A DNA stretch of 51,596 bases from Clostridia bacterium. GTDB lineage: Bacteria > Bacillota > Clostridia > Oscillospirales > CAG-272. The DNA lies in NCBI GenBank assembly GCA_017624395.1, contig JAGANE010000251.1:1-51596 (forward strand). Direction: 5' to 3'. The position numbers and the translations under genes are program-made. Under the pieces are notes generated by a model that worked only from the letters and a program-made list of their open reading frames with translations, was not told the origin of the DNA and searched no databases. Shown here piece by piece: positions 1 to 8,162 of the stretch; the first letter of the stretch is position 1; each line of letters begins with the position of its first letter.

Positions 1-114
1 GGGCTCGGGAACGTCCTCAAACCATATCCCTCTTTTGGGATATTTTTTTACTAATGCTTTCATGTCTACTCCTTTTTCGTCAATATAATATGTTACAGTT
101 GCTCTCAATCGTTT

Positions 115-672
115 TTATTGAATCTTCTTTCCGTCCGAAAACGCCTGCCCAACCTTTTCTCCAAAGCTCCAATACGCGTGCGTGACACCGTCGTAAATGA
201 TGGGATCCAGCTTTTTGGCATCGATCCTGCCCTCTCCGTCAAGGATGCTCTCGTCGGCGGAAACATTGACGATCTGACCAATACAGATACCGTCCTCATT
301 GAATTTGATGAGCTTACATTCCACTGTCATAGGCAGCTCGTTGATGATCGGCGCGTTGACGTACTCGCTTTTGGTAGTGTGAAGCCCTGCTTTGGCAAGC
401 TTATCGGGAACGTCGTTTGCCGAGACGATCCCAACATAGTCACAAGGCACAACGGTCTTTGCCGTGGCAAAGCTGACCGTAAATGCTCCCGTTTGTTTGA
501 TATTTTGGGTGGTCTTATGATCATCCGCAAGACAAACCATGACCTGATTGGTATCATAAACACCACCCCAAGCCGCATTCATGGCATTGGGAGTACCGTT
601 TTTGTCATAGGTTGCAACGATCAACACGGGCATTGGATAAAGCCATGTTTTGGCTCCAAAATTTTTACGCAT
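115..672 (-). CDS. flavin reductase family protein (FMN-binding split barrel)
   Basis: 185-aa ORF with a GAGGAAG SD just upstream of ATG 672. The N-terminal WLYPMPVLIVATYD...NAMNAAWGG pattern is typical of the flavin reductase-like domain. TAA stop. Confidence 0.7.
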   Translation of the reverse strand: MRKNFGAKTWLYPMPVLIVATYDKNGTPNAMNAAWGGVYDTNQVMVCLADDHKTTQNIKQTGAFTVSFATAKTVVPCDYVGIVSANDVPDKLAKAGLHTTKSEYVNAPIINELPMTVECKLIKFNEDGICIGQIVNVSADESILDGEGRIDAKKLDPIIYDGVTHAYWSFGEKVGQAFSDGKKIQ

Positions 673-883
673 AACAGCTTCCTCTCACAAATTTATCGGA
701 TATAGGTCATCATACATTTTCCTCTCTGCCATATTGAAACGGCTTTGATTATTACCACGAATGACACCCTTTTGTTTTGCCTTACTTATTATAACAAATT
801 AAGCAATGATTGTCAATATTTTTAGACATAAAAGCCTTCGGATTTGAATATACTGTCTTACATATTACAATAAGGTGGTTTTT

Positions 884-1408
884 ATGAAACGATCGATAGG
901 ACTTTGGCAGCTGATGGGCTTTTCCGTTACCTCGCTCGCAGGAACGATTTTACATTTTTTGTACGAATGGCTTGGAGAATCGATATGGATCGCACCGCTC
1001 TCGGGAGTGAACGAATCCACCTGGGAGCATATGAAGCTGCTTTTTTGGCCAATGTTCATTTTTGCCATCGTGCAAAGCTTTTTCTTTCGGGATCGCAAGG
1101 ACTTTTGGTGTGTAAAGCTGTGTGGAACCCTCCTCGGTCTTGTTCTGATTCCCGTCCTCTTTTATACCTATAACGGCGTGATCGGAAAATCCCCCGATTG
1201 GCTGAACATTGCCATTTTCTTTATCTCCGGCGCCGTCGCGTACATTGTTGAAACGAAGCTCTTTCGCACCCAAGAGCGACATTGCAGGTCACCAAAAGCG
1301 GCAATTGTTGCGCTTGCGTTCATTGCCCTGCTGTTTGTGATTTTCACGTTTTTCACACCCGAAATTGGGATTTTTAAGGATCCGTTGACTGGAACTTATG
1401 GTATATAA
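884..1408 (+). CDS. small polytopic membrane protein (DUF6512-like)
   Basis: ORF 875..1408. Start moved to ATG 884, which lies 5 nt after an AAGGTGG SD. GTILHFLYEW...NESTWEHMKLLFWP motif and several hydrophobic spans. Confidence 0.55.
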   Translation: MKRSIGLWQLMGFSVTSLAGTILHFLYEWLGESIWIAPLSGVNESTWEHMKLLFWPMFIFAIVQSFFFRDRKDFWCVKLCGTLLGLVLIPVLFYTYNGVIGKSPDWLNIAIFFISGAVAYIVETKLFRTQERHCRSPKAAIVALAFIALLFVIFTFFTPEIGIFKDPLTGTYGI

Positions 1409-1411
1409 AAG

Positions 1412-1449
1412 CTGCCGATGAGGTTTTGGAATTCCTCATCGGCAGTTTT
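1412..1449. terminator. bidirectional intrinsic terminator between convergent genes
   Basis: Perfect 12-bp stem CTGCCGATGAGG (1412-1423) / CCTCATCGGCAG (1434-1445). An A-run lies upstream and TTTT downstream. Confidence 0.75.
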
Positions 1450-1466
1450 ATCTATTTTATCATAGT

Positions 1467-2180
1467 TTACTTTTCATCAAGCGTCCACCCACAGTCGCCG
1501 TGATAGATCATAAGCTTGGTCATGCCCCCGTCAATACAAATATTCTCTCCCGTGATAAAGCCCGCCATATCCGAGCATAAATAGAGAACCATATTGGCAA
1601 TATCATCGGGATTCCCCACTCTGCCAGCAGGCTGCTGCGTGGCATCGGAGCCATTGTAAACTGTGTAACGGTTGTCGATCCATCCAGGGGAGATCGAATT
1701 GACACGCACCCTGCCCGCAAAGCTGACCGCCATTGCATGGGTCAATGCGGAAATGCCCCCCTTTGCCGCCGTATAGCTCTCGGTTTGCGGCTGGCTCATT
1801 CTGTCGCGCGAGGAGGATATGTTGACAATACTCGCCCCTTGACCAAAATACGGTGCAAGAAGCTTGGAAAGATAAAACGGTGCGGTGACGCCCACCTTTA
1901 AGGCATATTCAAAATCCTCATAGCTCCCGTTTTCAATTCCGCACATTTTGGGCGCGGCATTGTTGATCAAATAATCAACGTGACCGTAATCCTCAATAAT
2001 ACGTTTTGCAAAACGCTCAAGCGTTTTTTGGTCGGCAAGATCCCCTACAAAATAGTCATTTTCAAGCAAATCAATGACACAGACGGTTGCTCCCGCCTCC
2101 TCAAATTTTTGGCGTATGCACTTGCCAATCCCTCTTGCACCGCCCGTTACCACGGCAATTTTATTTTTAAAATCAAACAT
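1467..2180 (-). CDS. SDR family oxidoreductase
   Basis: 237 aa. TGGARGIG Rossmann motif at the N-terminus, NNAA motif and a YxxxK-type region (YTAAK). Confidence 0.9.
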   Translation of the reverse strand: MFDFKNKIAVVTGGARGIGKCIRQKFEEAGATVCVIDLLENDYFVGDLADQKTLERFAKRIIEDYGHVDYLINNAAPKMCGIENGSYEDFEYALKVGVTAPFYLSKLLAPYFGQGASIVNISSSRDRMSQPQTESYTAAKGGISALTHAMAVSFAGRVRVNSISPGWIDNRYTVYNGSDATQQPAGRVGNPDDIANMVLYLCSDMAGFITGENICIDGGMTKLMIYHGDCGWTLDEK

Positions 2181-2265
2181 CCTTGTCCTCTTTCATATAA
2201 ACTGATGATCTTTTCCCATTCCTTTTTATCATTATACCATAGATTGGGGTACGATGCAAGGCATT

Positions 2266-2313
2266 TGTGCGAAAAAACAATTTAAAATCTGTGCGAAAAA
2301 ACAATTTAAAATC
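2266..2313. repeat. perfect 24-bp tandem direct repeat, 2 copies
   Basis: TGTGCGAAAAAACAATTTAAAATC occurs at 2266-2289 and again at 2290-2313, identical. It lies in the divergent SDR/MFS intergenic region, just upstream of a TTGCAT-17-TATAAT candidate promoter (2231-2259, minus strand). Confidence 0.95.
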
Positions 2314-2389
2314 ATACAAACAAATTGTCCATTCATGCAAAACATGATAAATATTGACTTAAAAAACGCTGATTTTTTTCTTTTTACTA

Positions 2390-2418
2390 TTGCTTTTTTG
2401 AAATGAATGTGTTATAAT
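2390..2418 (+). promoter_or_regulatory. candidate sigma-A promoter of the MFS gene
   Basis: TTGCTT (2390-2395), 17-nt spacer, TGtTATAAT extended -10 (TATAAT at 2413-2418). Confidence 0.5.
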
Positions 2419-2448
2419 GTGCGTATCTCATGGAAAAGAGGCAAAATC

Positions 2449-3726
2449 ATGAAAAAAAACACGCTTGATCCCAATCGCAGAAGCCGTCGGCTTTTGATTG
2501 TTGAGGCAACGGTTGAGTATTTTATTTCACTTTGCGTGACCTCCACGTTTTTAACGGCGATCCTGAATGAAATGGACGTTTCGGCATCCTTGCAGGGTAT
2601 TATCAGTGCAATTACTTCTCTTGCCTGCAGTGTCCAGCTGTTTGCGGTGTTTGGCGTCAAACGCACCTATCCCTGCAAGCGATGGGTCAGTATTTTGAAT
2701 TTGGTCAATCAACTGCTGTTTGCCGTGCTATACTGCGTGCCGATGATCGACGTCTCCAAGGAGATCAAAATTGCCGTATTCATTGGAATGCTGCTTGCGG
2801 CTTACGTCTGTCAGCACTACCTCACGCCTTCGCGTACCAGCTGGCAGATGTCACTGGTGGAGGATAACTGCCGCGGGATCTTCTCGGCAAAAAAGGAGAT
2901 CGTCTCTTTGATCAGCGGCATGATCTTTTCCCAGGTGGCGGGAATTCTCTTGGACTACTACAAGGCAAAGGACGATATGCAAGCCTGCTTTATCATCTTT
3001 TGTATTACCGTAACCGTGCTGTCGCTTCTGCACCTTGCCATTATGCTGATGACCAAGGAACCAAAGCCCGAAACGGTTGCCCCCTCCAAGACCTTTGGTG
3101 AGATCTTACACGTCGTATTTGACAACTCCGATCTCCGCCGTGTCATCGTTTTTGATACGCTGTTTGGCATTGCAAACGTCTCTCTTTATTTTTACAGCGT
3201 CTATCTGACGCAAACCATGGGATTTTCCTACACCTACATCACAGCGGTCGCTATTGCACATGCAATCTTTCGATCGGTGGTCTCCCCTTTTCTCGGTCGC
3301 ATGGCAGACAAACGCTCCTGGGCAACCATGCTCCGTCTTTGCATGATCGTTTTGGCGGTAGGCTACGTCTTTTTCACGGTAGCAACGCCTAAAACAGCAA
3401 TCTTCCTCTACCCTGTATTCTCTCTTTGTTACGCTTTTTCTCTGGGTGGCAGTAACGCGGGAAGAACCAATCTCTGTCTTGACTACGTCAATCATGAGGA
3501 CCGTCGGTATATTCTCGGCATCAAGGATGCCATCTGCGGTGTGTTAAGCTTTGTCGCCACGCTGGGTGCCTCGGCTTTGGTTTCGCATGTGGAAGGAAAC
3601 GGCAATACCTTCTTCGGTATCGCTGTCTATCCCCAACAGATCCTCTTTGCCATCAGTGCGTTGATGATGCTTGCGTTGGCATTCTTCTTCCTGCCCAAAT
3701 TCAAAAAGCCTACAAGATTGATGTAA
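2449..3726 (+). CDS. MFS transporter
   Basis: ORF 2407..3726. Start moved to ATG 2449 (MKKNTLD), 7 nt after AAAGAGG. About 12 hydrophobic spans, 425 aa. Confidence 0.75.
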   Translation: MKKNTLDPNRRSRRLLIVEATVEYFISLCVTSTFLTAILNEMDVSASLQGIISAITSLACSVQLFAVFGVKRTYPCKRWVSILNLVNQLLFAVLYCVPMIDVSKEIKIAVFIGMLLAAYVCQHYLTPSRTSWQMSLVEDNCRGIFSAKKEIVSLISGMIFSQVAGILLDYYKAKDDMQACFIIFCITVTVLSLLHLAIMLMTKEPKPETVAPSKTFGEILHVVFDNSDLRRVIVFDTLFGIANVSLYFYSVYLTQTMGFSYTYITAVAIAHAIFRSVVSPFLGRMADKRSWATMLRLCMIVLAVGYVFFTVATPKTAIFLYPVFSLCYAFSLGGSNAGRTNLCLDYVNHEDRRYILGIKDAICGVLSFVATLGASALVSHVEGNGNTFFGIAVYPQQILFAISALMMLALAFFFLPKFKKPTRLM

Positions 3727-3766
3727 TTGATGCCTCCGATATTGGCGTGGCATACATCCCAAAAAA

Positions 3767-3803
3767 GAACCGCTTACCGAGCATGGTAAGCGGTTCTTTT
3801 TTT
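3767..3803. terminator. bidirectional intrinsic terminator
   Basis: Stem GAACCGCTTACC (3767-3778) / GGTAAGCGGTTC (3785-3796), flanked by an A-run and T7. Confidence 0.8.
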
Positions 3804-4764
3804 ATTGCACAGGATAGGAAACCAAACGGTTGGCAAAGAAGAATTTTCCAACCACGTACTTGTTGCATGCCGACTCAAAGCTGATGACCACGCGATCTCC
3901 CACAATCGTCAGTCCCTCGCTAAAGGCAGGCATATCTACCGTTTTTTGATGGGTTGCAGAATCCAAATAATACAGAGGAACGCTCTTGCCCGAAACCTCA
4001 ATCATCTCGCCCTTGTTCGTCAATCCCTTGTAAAAATCAAGCTTGGACGAGGTAACGCCCCATGAAGATGAAAGAATAAAGGTATCTCCCTGAACCGCAA
4101 AGCCCTGTACCTGATCGCGAATGGAGATGGAATACAAGGGGTATTCCTCGGCAAGCGCGCCGTTGTGATCTAACAGATAGCAGGAAACCAACGCCTTATG
4201 ATCGTCACCTGCGGGAGTGGTCTTGTGGTGCGTGGGATTGGTTTCATAATCCTCGGCGCGATAAAACTCGCCAACGTAAATAAAGTTGCCCGAAGCAAAG
4301 CAGAAGGATGCTTGCGTATCCACGGGGAAAATACCAATGGATGCCACGCTTGCACCGTCCTGTGCATTTTTCAGATCATCATAACGGAAGATGATCAGCT
4401 TGGATTCGCTCGCCACGTAAACGTAGTCGCCCGCGCGTGCAATTCCGCCGCCGTGTCCCTCCCAAGGATTTCCACCCTCGTCCACGGGTGTTACCTGCTT
4501 GACGTCCTCTCCCTTCACCAAAAACAGCTTTAAGAGATGTCCGTCACCGTAGCCCGAATGAAGATAGCCGCCCTCGCCATCATAGGAAAGCCCTTGCGGC
4601 ACAAAGCCCTCGGAAAGTCCCGGAATCTGCTCTTCAAATTTGCGATTTGCAAGATAATCGGGATAAACCACGCATTTTGCGATCTGCAATCCCGTCCAAA
4701 CAACGAGGAACAACAAAATCAGCACACAGAAAAAATTAAGTAAAACAATACCAAGCTTTTTCAT
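3802..4764 (-). CDS. hypothetical membrane-anchored extracytoplasmic protein, possibly repeat/beta-propeller-like
   Basis: ORF 3802..4797. Start moved to ATG 4764 (MKKLGIVLLNFFCVLILLFLVV signal-anchor), 9 nt after AAAGGAG. ATG 4797 lies inside the promoter. I recognise no family. Confidence 0.6.
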   Translation of the reverse strand: MKKLGIVLLNFFCVLILLFLVVWTGLQIAKCVVYPDYLANRKFEEQIPGLSEGFVPQGLSYDGEGGYLHSGYGDGHLLKLFLVKGEDVKQVTPVDEGGNPWEGHGGGIARAGDYVYVASESKLIIFRYDDLKNAQDGASVASIGIFPVDTQASFCFASGNFIYVGEFYRAEDYETNPTHHKTTPAGDDHKALVSCYLLDHNGALAEEYPLYSISIRDQVQGFAVQGDTFILSSSWGVTSSKLDFYKGLTNKGEMIEVSGKSVPLYYLDSATHQKTVDMPAFSEGLTIVGDRVVISFESACNKYVVGKFFFANRLVSYPVQ

Positions 4765-4797
4765 CGTAAAATACTCCTTTGTTTTCAATATATCCAT

Positions 4798-4826
4798 ATT
4801 ATAGCATGTTTTTGATGTAAAGTCAA
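4798..4826 (-). promoter_or_regulatory. near-consensus sigma-A promoter
   Basis: Minus-strand TTGACT (4826-4821), 17 nt, TGcTATAAT (-10 at 4803-4798). Confidence 0.65.
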
Positions 4827-4831
4827 GAGTG

Positions 4832-4870
4832 AAAAAGAGATCCCTTCTTCAACACCGTGAAAAAGGGATC
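4832..4870 (-). terminator. intrinsic terminator ending the 13030->4880 operon
   Basis: Stem GATCCCTT (4839-4846) / AAGGGATC (4863-4870). On the minus strand it is followed by a U-run (plus-strand A5 at 4832-4836). Confidence 0.6.
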
Positions 4871-4879
4871 GTTTTTTAT

Positions 4880-7090
4880 TTACGGATATTGATCGGTGGT
4901 GGGCAAAGCAAATCGTCTTGCATAGCCCACAGCGTAAGGCAGAGGCAGCTGAACCGCATAATCGCTGTTGGTATAATGCTCCTTGACACCAAGCTCGGTG
5001 TAAATGTAGCGGTCAATGACATAATAGGATGTGGTTCCAATCCCCGACACCAGCTCCTCAAATGACGATTGGCTGCAAGGCCAGAAGCAGGTAGAGGGAG
5101 CGACCGTGCGATAAAATGCCTTGCTGGCACCTTGATTTCCATGGTGCGAAACCTGCAGAATATCGCTTTTAAGCGTTGCCGCCGTGTATCTCTGCAAAAG
5201 CTTTTTACTGCCCTGCGTAAACAGATCACCCGTGATCAGCACCTGACACTTTCCATCGTCGCTCTGATCGGGCACAGTCATACGGAATACGGTGGAAGCA
5301 TCGTTGAAATAATGCAATCTTGACGGAAAATGATCTTCAATGGTAAAGAGAATCTCAAAATTCAAGCCGTACTGATAGAATTTCATTCCCGTGTGCAAGG
5401 CAACGTAATCAAAGCCTCCCTTGACCTGATTTTTTGCCTTTTCCACACGTCCCGCCGCCATATGGAAATCGGGGTTTTTAGAGTTATAGGCAACCGACGA
5501 AGGCACGACACATTCGTAATATTTTTCAATGGTTACCTTTTGTCCGTAAACCTCGCAGAATTTGCGGAAAACGTTGATATGGTCGGCATGGCAGTGAGTA
5601 ATGAGCCAGCCGCGGATCACGATCTTTCCGTCGGGACGCTTGTTGAGCTTGTTGAGCGTGTTCCAGATACGAACACGGTCATTGTTGGTCAAGCCCTTGG
5701 AGGCTGCCGAAGCATTTGTGGTACTACCGCTGTCGATCAGGAAGAACGAACCGTCCTCCAAGGTCATCACGTAGCCCATACCGCCCGAATTGGTGTTATA
5801 ATCCAATTGGAGCTGTGTGATCGACATATCGGTCACCTTTTGGTACTTTTCGGTAGAGCTTTGCGGATATTCTACGTCGTCGGGATCTCCCACAAACAGA
5901 CGCGTCACCTTTTCATTGGCGGAATAAGACATATACACACGGATCTTTTTGGTCTCGTAGCAATCAAAATAGTTTGCCTCGATCTCATTTTCAAAGGTCT
6001 TGGTATAGCCAAGCCCCTCCAGCTTTGCGGCATATGCCTCGTATTCCTCCTGCGTGGTTCCCGCAATGTAATAAAGCATCTCGTTGTAATAGCACTCGGA
6101 AACCGAGACCAAAACACCGCCCTCATATTCGGGGAGAGAGAGGATCCAATTGCCGTTGGAGCGCGCGCCCACGGGAGCCAAGGACACGGTGGTTCCCTTG
6201 GAAAGAATGGTTTTAAAAAGCTTTCCTGCCATTGCAGTGGTGGCAGGACCGTGACCTGCGATCACGATCTTTCCGTTGACGTATCCCGTACCGTATTGCG
6301 TGTAATCAAGCGATTTTAAAAACGCAGTGTTTTCCTCGCGATTGGTGCTTCCCAAAAGGATCTCGTTTGCCACGGGAGCTGCGGCATCGGTGGTTACGGT
6401 CACGTTGGCACCGCAATCCATCAAGAGGTCGCGCAGATCCATTGCAAGCTGCACCTCATAATCGATACCGTTATTGGCGTAGGTGGTATCAACGGAATCG
6501 TCCAGCGTTGCGCTGTAAACGATGGTATAGGGCGTGTTTTTAAGATCTACGTCGGTATAGGGTTGCTTGAGAACAAAATCGTTTGCAAGGCTGATGGTGC
6601 CTTGAGGATCACCTGTTTTTCTGATGATATTGTGAATAAAATACTCCACGGCATCGGCAGTAGCAAGCTCGTCAACACCGTTGATAATGATGGTGCCTCC
6701 CTTGTTTTGAATGACGTAACCCGATTCTATCCCCGCAAGCGACTCGGCGCTTGCCGCGCGGTTGGTGGCACCGATCAGGATCTCCTTGTAGCTTGCATCC
6801 TCGGCAGTAATGTCGTCCTCACGAAGCATTACATCCTTTCCCGTATATGCCTGCAGGAGCGAGACCATACGTCTTGCCGAGTCACGCAGATCGTCCTTGA
6901 TCTTGTAGCTGACAATGATGCGGTAATGATCCAAGGTGAGTGCATTGGGATCGACGTCATCGGCGGTATTCTCCGCTACGGTGGTCTCCTCGGTTGTATT
7001 TTTGTTTCCGTTGCAGGAGGCAAACGCGCCAAGCAGCATCAACAGGCACAGGAGCGCCGAAAGCAATCTTTTCAGCATTGTTTTTTTCAT
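4880..7090 (-). CDS. lipoprotein with ComEC-type MBL-fold hydrolase domain (paralog 1)
   Basis: ORF 4880..7183. Start moved to ATG 7090 (MKKTMLKRLLSALLCLLMLLGAFASC, lipobox-like), which overlaps the upstream stop as ATGA. HCHADH at 5579-5596. VLITGD...QVSHHGNQGA signature. Two N-terminal alpha/beta-like modules. Confidence 0.8.
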   Translation of the reverse strand: MKKTMLKRLLSALLCLLMLLGAFASCNGNKNTTEETTVAENTADDVDPNALTLDHYRIIVSYKIKDDLRDSARRMVSLLQAYTGKDVMLREDDITAEDASYKEILIGATNRAASAESLAGIESGYVIQNKGGTIIINGVDELATADAVEYFIHNIIRKTGDPQGTISLANDFVLKQPYTDVDLKNTPYTIVYSATLDDSVDTTYANNGIDYEVQLAMDLRDLLMDCGANVTVTTDAAAPVANEILLGSTNREENTAFLKSLDYTQYGTGYVNGKIVIAGHGPATTAMAGKLFKTILSKGTTVSLAPVGARSNGNWILSLPEYEGGVLVSVSECYYNEMLYYIAGTTQEEYEAYAAKLEGLGYTKTFENEIEANYFDCYETKKIRVYMSYSANEKVTRLFVGDPDDVEYPQSSTEKYQKVTDMSITQLQLDYNTNSGGMGYVMTLEDGSFFLIDSGSTTNASAASKGLTNNDRVRIWNTLNKLNKRPDGKIVIRGWLITHCHADHINVFRKFCEVYGQKVTIEKYYECVVPSSVAYNSKNPDFHMAAGRVEKAKNQVKGGFDYVALHTGMKFYQYGLNFEILFTIEDHFPSRLHYFNDASTVFRMTVPDQSDDGKCQVLITGDLFTQGSKKLLQRYTAATLKSDILQVSHHGNQGASKAFYRTVAPSTCFWPCSQSSFEELVSGIGTTSYYVIDRYIYTELGVKEHYTNSDYAVQLPLPYAVGYARRFALPTTDQYP

Positions 7091-7995
7091 CGTTCGGTCT
7101 CCTTTCTTTTTCCGATCATCGGAACGGCTCCCGAAAGCACGACCAGCAAAGCACCAAGCCCTGCCGAAAGCGTGGAAGAACATCCCTCCTGTGTGGGTTC
7201 GGGGGTAGGATCGGTGTTCTTTTCTTCCGTCTCAACGGGTTGTTTGACGGGAGGCTCGATGATGGTCGCATCAACCTCTCTGTAGTCGGGCTTGACGGCA
7301 TTGGGATCCTTGGTAAAGATCGAGCATTCCCCCCAAGCACAAGCGCTGGAACTGTAGCTGCTATCGGCAACCACAATCAGAGAAATCGTATGCACGCCCG
7401 TAATGTCCACGTTAAATTCCCCGTAGTTATAAACCACCGATTTGTTAGAGCAAGCCAATTGTACAAAGCCTTTGCCATCTCCGTAGTCCCCGTATACCAT
7501 AAACCAGACACCTGCCGAATTGCGGTTGGTGAGTCCTGCCGCGGCATAAAAATGATTGAACTTGTACTGACCGTTGGGATCGGTATATTTTTGAATGTCC
7601 ACGGTGATCTGACTATATCCCGGCTCACTCGGAGAGTAGTCCGTCACAGGATGTGTGCCAAAGCCCTTGGCAAATTTGTGGACCTGCGAAATTGCAACCC
7701 CCGCTCCCGTTTCTCCCTTGTAGGGCGCATCCTTGAAAGGGGTGTTGCCTCCTGCCGCAGTTCCCGTAAAGGGCAGATCCGAAAGATAGACCTTGGCATT
7801 GTTTCCCGCCTGCCAGCTACCGTAAGGCTTGGACTCGGGGTTGGTGATCTCATCATATACGATGGGTTCAAAATTTGCAGTTTGCTCGCGCTTAAGGTTG
7901 CTGATATTGGCAGTTGCCGCGAAGGCGGGAAGTATGCAGACAACCGTCAAAATGCTTAGCGAAAGCAACAGAAGCAGCATTTTTCTCAATTTCAT
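7087..7995 (-). CDS. secreted NPCBM-like carbohydrate-binding module protein with C-terminal hydrophobic anchor
   Basis: 302 aa. Signal peptide with AFA/A cleavage. VYLSDL...KGFGTHP...FYAAAGL...VWFMVYGDYGDG...ITGVHTISLIV pattern resembles NPCBM (PF08305). C-terminus is a Pro/Glu/Thr linker, then LSAGLGALLVVLSGAVPMIG, then KRKETER. Confidence 0.7.
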   Translation of the reverse strand: MKLRKMLLLLLSLSILTVVCILPAFAATANISNLKREQTANFEPIVYDEITNPESKPYGSWQAGNNAKVYLSDLPFTGTAAGGNTPFKDAPYKGETGAGVAISQVHKFAKGFGTHPVTDYSPSEPGYSQITVDIQKYTDPNGQYKFNHFYAAAGLTNRNSAGVWFMVYGDYGDGKGFVQLACSNKSVVYNYGEFNVDITGVHTISLIVVADSSYSSSACAWGECSIFTKDPNAVKPDYREVDATIIEPPVKQPVETEEKNTDPTPEPTQEGCSSTLSAGLGALLVVLSGAVPMIGKRKETER

Positions 7996-8028
7996 ATGTA
8001 ACAGTCCTTTCTGTTATTTCAAGGGAGC

Positions 8029-8160
8029 TTACTTGGTAAAGCGGTCAAACGAGACCTTGATCTCGTCCTGTCCCTCGCCCACCGACAGTGGAGAGGTGCG
8101 GATCAAATCCTCCTCTGCCACGCAAAGCACCGTAAGCATGGGTGAAATATAAAGCTTCAT
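8029..8160 (-). CDS. candidate 43-aa small ORF (absent from the ORF track)
   Basis: ATG 8160 lies 7 nt after AAGGAG and 2 nt after the TGA of the upstream gene. Peptide MKLYISPMLTVLCVAEEDLIRTSPLSVGEGQDEIKVSFDRFTK, TAA at 8029-8031. Confidence 0.4.
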   Translation of the reverse strand: MKLYISPMLTVLCVAEEDLIRTSPLSVGEGQDEIKVSFDRFTK

Positions 8161-8162
8161 GA

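Noticed and set aside
2266-2313. CRISPR array (also considered for the 99-bp repeats at 51331-51596)
   Set aside because: The 24-mers are directly adjacent with no spacers. The 99-bp units are in-frame coding repeats. No cas genes are present.
7087-7230. LPXTG sortase anchor at the C-terminus of the NPCBM-like protein
   Set aside because: The hydrophobic helix plus basic tail are present, but no LPXTG/NPQTN/SPKTG-like pentapeptide precedes them. Reported only as an unusual anchor.
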